Assembly (NCBI GenBank): GCA_047495785.1
Contig: JBLDXI010000023.1
Coordinates: forward strand, 1,302,001-1,366,000
DNA length: 64,000 nucleotides
Direction of reading: 5' to 3'
Source of the DNA: Lepidodermella squamata
Taxonomy: Eukaryota > Animalia > Gastrotricha
Positions 59,791 through 64,000 of this stretch are shown one piece after another; within the stretch, counting starts at the first letter, position 1; every line of letters starts with the position of its first letter. The notes below the pieces were generated by a model, which worked only from the letters and a program-made list of their open reading frames with translations, did no database searches and was not told where the DNA came from. Made by a program: the position numbers and the translations under genes.

Positions 59791-61313
59791 TTGCCGACAA
59801 CCCAACCTGATGCCGATCAGGTTTCTCATCTTGATGAAGATCCATATTCCTTATAGTGTGAATTATTATTTTTCAACTCTTGCTCAATGCATAGATTTCT
59901 TGCGAAAGCGCAACCTTACAAAGAAAATCACTGAGTTCATAGCGAAGTAGATTGGCTCAAGTTTGTTCAAGTTCGACAGGTTTCACAGAAGAAAGGAAAA
60001 AAATCTTCCACAGATGAGCAAGAAAATTCGACGATTTCAATCTATTATGGGCAAGGAGGATTACGAACTTTTGAAATTGGAAGTGAAACATGATCCCAAT
60101 TTGTTCAAGGCGAGAAGGGAGCTGCTGGCTCGAAAATTTGGCCTTGCCGAGCGTCAAGTTGAAAAATTCTTTAGCAATCATCGCATCCAACGAAGGTCTT
60201 ATGTTCGCTTGAAGCTAACATCCCAGCAAATTGAGAAATTCGATAAGGTTATACTGGGAAGTTCAATTCCTCTAATCTGGTGATTGATTTTTACAGGAAT
60301 TCGAACTGAATCCTGCCACTTCAAAACAAAGATGCCGCGATGTCGCTGAAGCCGTTGGCATAACATTTTTTCAGGCCAGGTAGCACGAAATCTCAATTGA
60401 CAGAACTTCAGGAAGCATTCCAGTCCACAACAGCGAGGGGCGACAGCTTTGACATCGTCCTCATTCGAAGTCTGGCCGAGAAAACCGGATTGAAAAAGAC
60501 TGTGGTCATGAATTGGTTCTCTAAGCAGCGCAAATCCGCTGGCCTTGTAAAAATACGCGAGAAAACTCTCGATAGCGCCAGTGTCTGCGCTCTAGATGCC
60601 GTGAGTTGCACCCTTGATCTTGAAGTTACAATCAAAAGGGTTTTTATTCAGGAGTTTGCCGAATCGAGTCGTTTGGAAGATGGCAGAAGGCAAGCAATTG
60701 CAGACAAGTTAGGAATAAGTTTCAGACAGGTTAATCGCTTTTTTGCTATGAAGCGAAAACGATTGAGAACAGCGAAAAATTATCAATCCCTTCGTACACT
60801 GACACGTAACCAGCGAAATGCCTTGATTAAGGTGTGATGGGGCATTATAATATTCCAGTCTATGCCATTTTACCATTTCTTGTTCAGGAATTCAATGAGA
60901 ATCCAGATCTACAGGAAACTGGAATAACTCGTCTTGCCGAAAAGCTGGAAACCTCTTTTGATATTGTGAAACGTTTCTTCGACATCCACCGTCGTAATGC
61001 TAAAGCCAGAGGCCGTCGTAATATTCGAGTGACCAGGGAGCAGCGGCTTCTTCTAGAAAAGGTGATCACTTCGCAGGTATTGCTTTGCTTCATCATTGTG
61101 CTTGAATTCATTCAGGAGTATGAAATCTCCAAATTCGCAACACGCAATCAAGCTGAACGCCTGGCTACATCCATGGGACTTTCGACCGAAAAGGCAAAAC
61201 AAAGCCCAACCTGTTTTTTTTTAATTCCTTAATTTGTTTAGGTAAAGAGGTGGTTCTATTCGAAACGGTTATATGAAAGGAGGAAACAGAAACAAGAAGC
61301 TATCCGTTCATGA
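59791..61313 (+). pseudogene. Seven-homeodomain gene, 5'-degenerate copy
   Basis: Paralog of 62416+; ATG replaced by TTG, first donor lost, in-frame TAG at 59948-59950 and a ~65-nt deletion across HD3/HD4; 3' exons intact. Confidence 0.7.
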
Positions 61314-61629
61314 ACATCGTCGGTTTTTATTTTGCAGTTGGATTTTGGACCCTGATTGATATGACATCAGTGTTGAATAGCTCATCCTAAGGACCGTTTA
61401 TTTTCAGTGTAGGATAATGCATATCGTGTTTGAATTTTGATCAAGTTGAGAGAATATATCTTAAATGAACTGAAATGACCTACAATATCAATTAAGGATA
61501 ATTCTTCGTAGCATGATGAGTTGGCATCGCTCGAAAATTAAAGCTTCTGACAAGGACTTTTATTGATTATTTTCGGTAATATCTGCAAATAATTTGTAGT
61601 TTAATGAATGTTTCTGTTGATTTAGTACT

Positions 61630-62070
61630 TACCAATCGTTGCAGATCGGTCGTTGCAGATGGGCCATCAGGCGGACGACATGTCCTCCCGCAGCGGCAGG
61701 ACGAACTGAGCAGCATTTGCGACATGCGGCGCTGGCACGACGAACGATGAGCATTGAATGCAGGCTATCCTTTTGGATGACTGCGAGACGATTAATCTGT
61801 TGCTTCGAGGCGATAGCGAGGCCGACAGTCCCATAAGACCAGCACGAACGGACCAGGGTCAAGTAAAGGGTGAACTTACCACGTCAGTTTAGGGTCCAAG
61901 TGAACACCGAGAACTCGTAACGACTCGACTTGCGGAATTACGTCTCCGTTGAGCCGAACATTGACGGACGTGTTACCACAGGGCTTAACTTCGCTCTTCG
62001 CAGGATTAAACTTCTGGCGCCACTTATTGGCCCATTCGGAAATAATACGGGTGAGCTCCAATGTTTCAAT
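61630..62070 (-). mobile_element. LINE RT C-terminal fragment, similar to the 1800-2580 element
   Basis: SEWANKWRQKFNPAKS...LNGDVIPQVESLRVLGVHLDPKLTW. Confidence 0.85.
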
Positions 62071-62415
62071 GTTCCACATATATCAAAATGATGTTCGCAC
62101 GTGTGTGAATGCACATTTTTGGCTCCGCTTCTCTGCACGCTGCACGCTGGCCGCACTCCCATTGCTCATCACTCGCTTCAACCCCATTGATTGTAAAAAT
62201 AAATTTGTAAATATAAATACGTATCGCTTGCAATTTCTACACTTGTTTACCTGCAGTATTCATAATTTTTTGATGAAATATCCCTCCGAACGAAGCAGAT
62301 CAGATGTTGATGCAAAGCTGACAAAGCAACAGCTGGTAAATTTCATGATGCTTTTGTGTTGCTTATTGAAATATGTAGGCATTCTTAAATTTAATTACTA
62401 ATTTTTGTTGACATC

Positions 62416-64000
62416 ATGTCGCAAACGCAATTTAACGCCGATCAGGTCTCCTATTTAATGAAGGTAACGCAAAAGCAACGCTTTTTGTGCAGCTCTTTTT
62501 ATTGTAAATGACAATTATTCTCCACTGGCTCAGTGCCTTGAGTTGATGCGAAAGCGCAACCTTACTAAGGATATTGCTGAGTTTATAGCGAAAAATATCG
62601 GCACAACGGTTGTTAAAGTGCAAAAATGGTTTCGCACAAGAAGAAGGAGAAGAGTTAGAGAGAAAACTAAGAAAACTTGGCGTCTTGAAGATATCCTCGG
62701 GAAAGAAAAAAGCAAATTGTTGACGTTGGAAGTGAAACGTGATCCCAAGTTGTTCAATGCGAGAAAGCAGCTGCTGGCTCGAAAATTTGGCCTTACCGAG
62801 CGTCAAGTTGAAAGATTCTTCATCGGTCATCGCGTTCGACGGAAGACATATGTTCGTTTCAAGCTAAATTCTCAGCAAAATGAAATATTCGAGAAGGTAT
62901 AACTGAGAGGCAATATTTGCTTAAAATTAGGACTGATTGTTATAGGAATTCAAACAGAATCCTGCCGCGTCGCTGCAAAGATTTAGAGAAGTGGCCAAAG
63001 CCGTGGGAGTAACATGTTATCAGGCCAGGCGTCTTCTTGGAGAACGACGAGCTCACTTGGGAATCCGCGGTAGAACAGGGACATTGGAGTTCGTTGGATT
63101 CACGGATTTTCAACTGGCTGAACTACAGGAAGCATTCCAAGCGACAGTGGTGAGGGGCGACAGGTTTGACGATGCTCTCTATCGAAGTTTGGCCGAGAAA
63201 ACCGGATTGAAAAAGACCGTAGTGAGGAATTGGTTCTCTAACAAGCGCAAATCAGCTGGCTTCGGAAAGAAAAGAGAAACTCTTAATCGAACCAGTGTCT
63301 GCTCTCTAAATGCTGTGAGTTGCAGCCTTGATCTTGAAGTTCTAAATTCTAAATTCAAATTTATTTGTCCATCAGTCACAAAAATATAAAAGAACAATAT
63401 AACATAATAACAACATAATAACATAATAACATAATTACAATTAAAAGTGTTTTTACTCAGGAGTTTGCCGAATCGAGTCGTTTGGAAGATGGCAGAGTGC
63501 AAGAAATTGCGAAAAAGTTGGGATTAACTTTCAGACAGGTTAAATGCTTTTTCGCCATGATGCGAAAACGATTGAGAACTGCGGAAAATAATCAATCCCT
63601 TCTTACACTGAAACGTAACCAGCGAAATGCGTTGACTAAGGTTTGATAGGGCTTACAATTCCAGTCTATGCCATTTTATCATTTCTTGTTCAGGAATTCA
63701 ATGAGAATCCAGATCTACAGGAAACTGGAATGACTCGTCTTGCTGAAAGGCTGGAAATCTCTGTTGATATGGTGAAACGTTTCTTCGACATCCACCGTCG
63801 TGCTAAAGCCAGAGGTCGTGGTTATATTCGAGTGACCTGCGAGCAGCGGGTTCTTTTAGAAAAGGTAGATGACTTGACAAGTTTAAAGTTTGAAGGGATT
63901 GCTTTGCTTCATCATTGTGATTCATTTGATTCAGGAGTTTGAAAACACCAAATTTGTAAAGCGTGCGCAAGCTGAACGCCTAGCTATATCAACGGGAATT
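62416..64000 (+). CDS. Seven-homeodomain protein (runs off the end of the window)
   Basis: MSQTQFNADQVSYLMK|gt; helix-3 motifs VQKWFRTRR, QVERFFIGHR, QARRLLGERR, VVRNWFSNKR, QVKCFFAMMR and MVKRFFDIHR, with a seventh domain starting at the window end. Confidence 0.82.

Noticed and set aside
63395-63440. AACATAAT(A) tandem repeat
   Set aside because: Simple intronic microsatellite-like expansion.

Overview
This is eukaryotic DNA, most likely from an invertebrate metazoan with compact introns (mostly 40-60 nt, GT-AG with a few GC-AG). It is not bacterial, so many ORF-track entries are single exons of spliced genes. The window is a paralog-rich, transposon-rich region. It holds two dienelactone hydrolases, two mpaB/DUF2236-like oxygenases, a damaged PAN/C-type-lectin/kringle gene, two secreted EGF + lectin-like genes and an intronless bacterial-type secreted protein (HGT candidate). 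It also holds a near-intact Mutator (MULE) transposon carrying a RING ORF, a two-exon helical protein, four Cys-rich probably GPI-anchored paralogs, an NB-ARC-ankyrin gene, two 5-homeodomain and two 7-homeodomain genes, and many MITE, LINE and Helitron remnants. The main finding is two divergently oriented 10-exon genes (42770-46868 minus, 50497-54198 plus). Each splices a signal peptide and two tandem ~250-290-aa beta-rich, lectin-like domains in frame onto a complete Cys-loop pentameric ligand-gated ion channel that has a very short M3-M4 loop and no canonical neurotransmitter aromatic box. All gene models were assembled by eye and no database searches were run.
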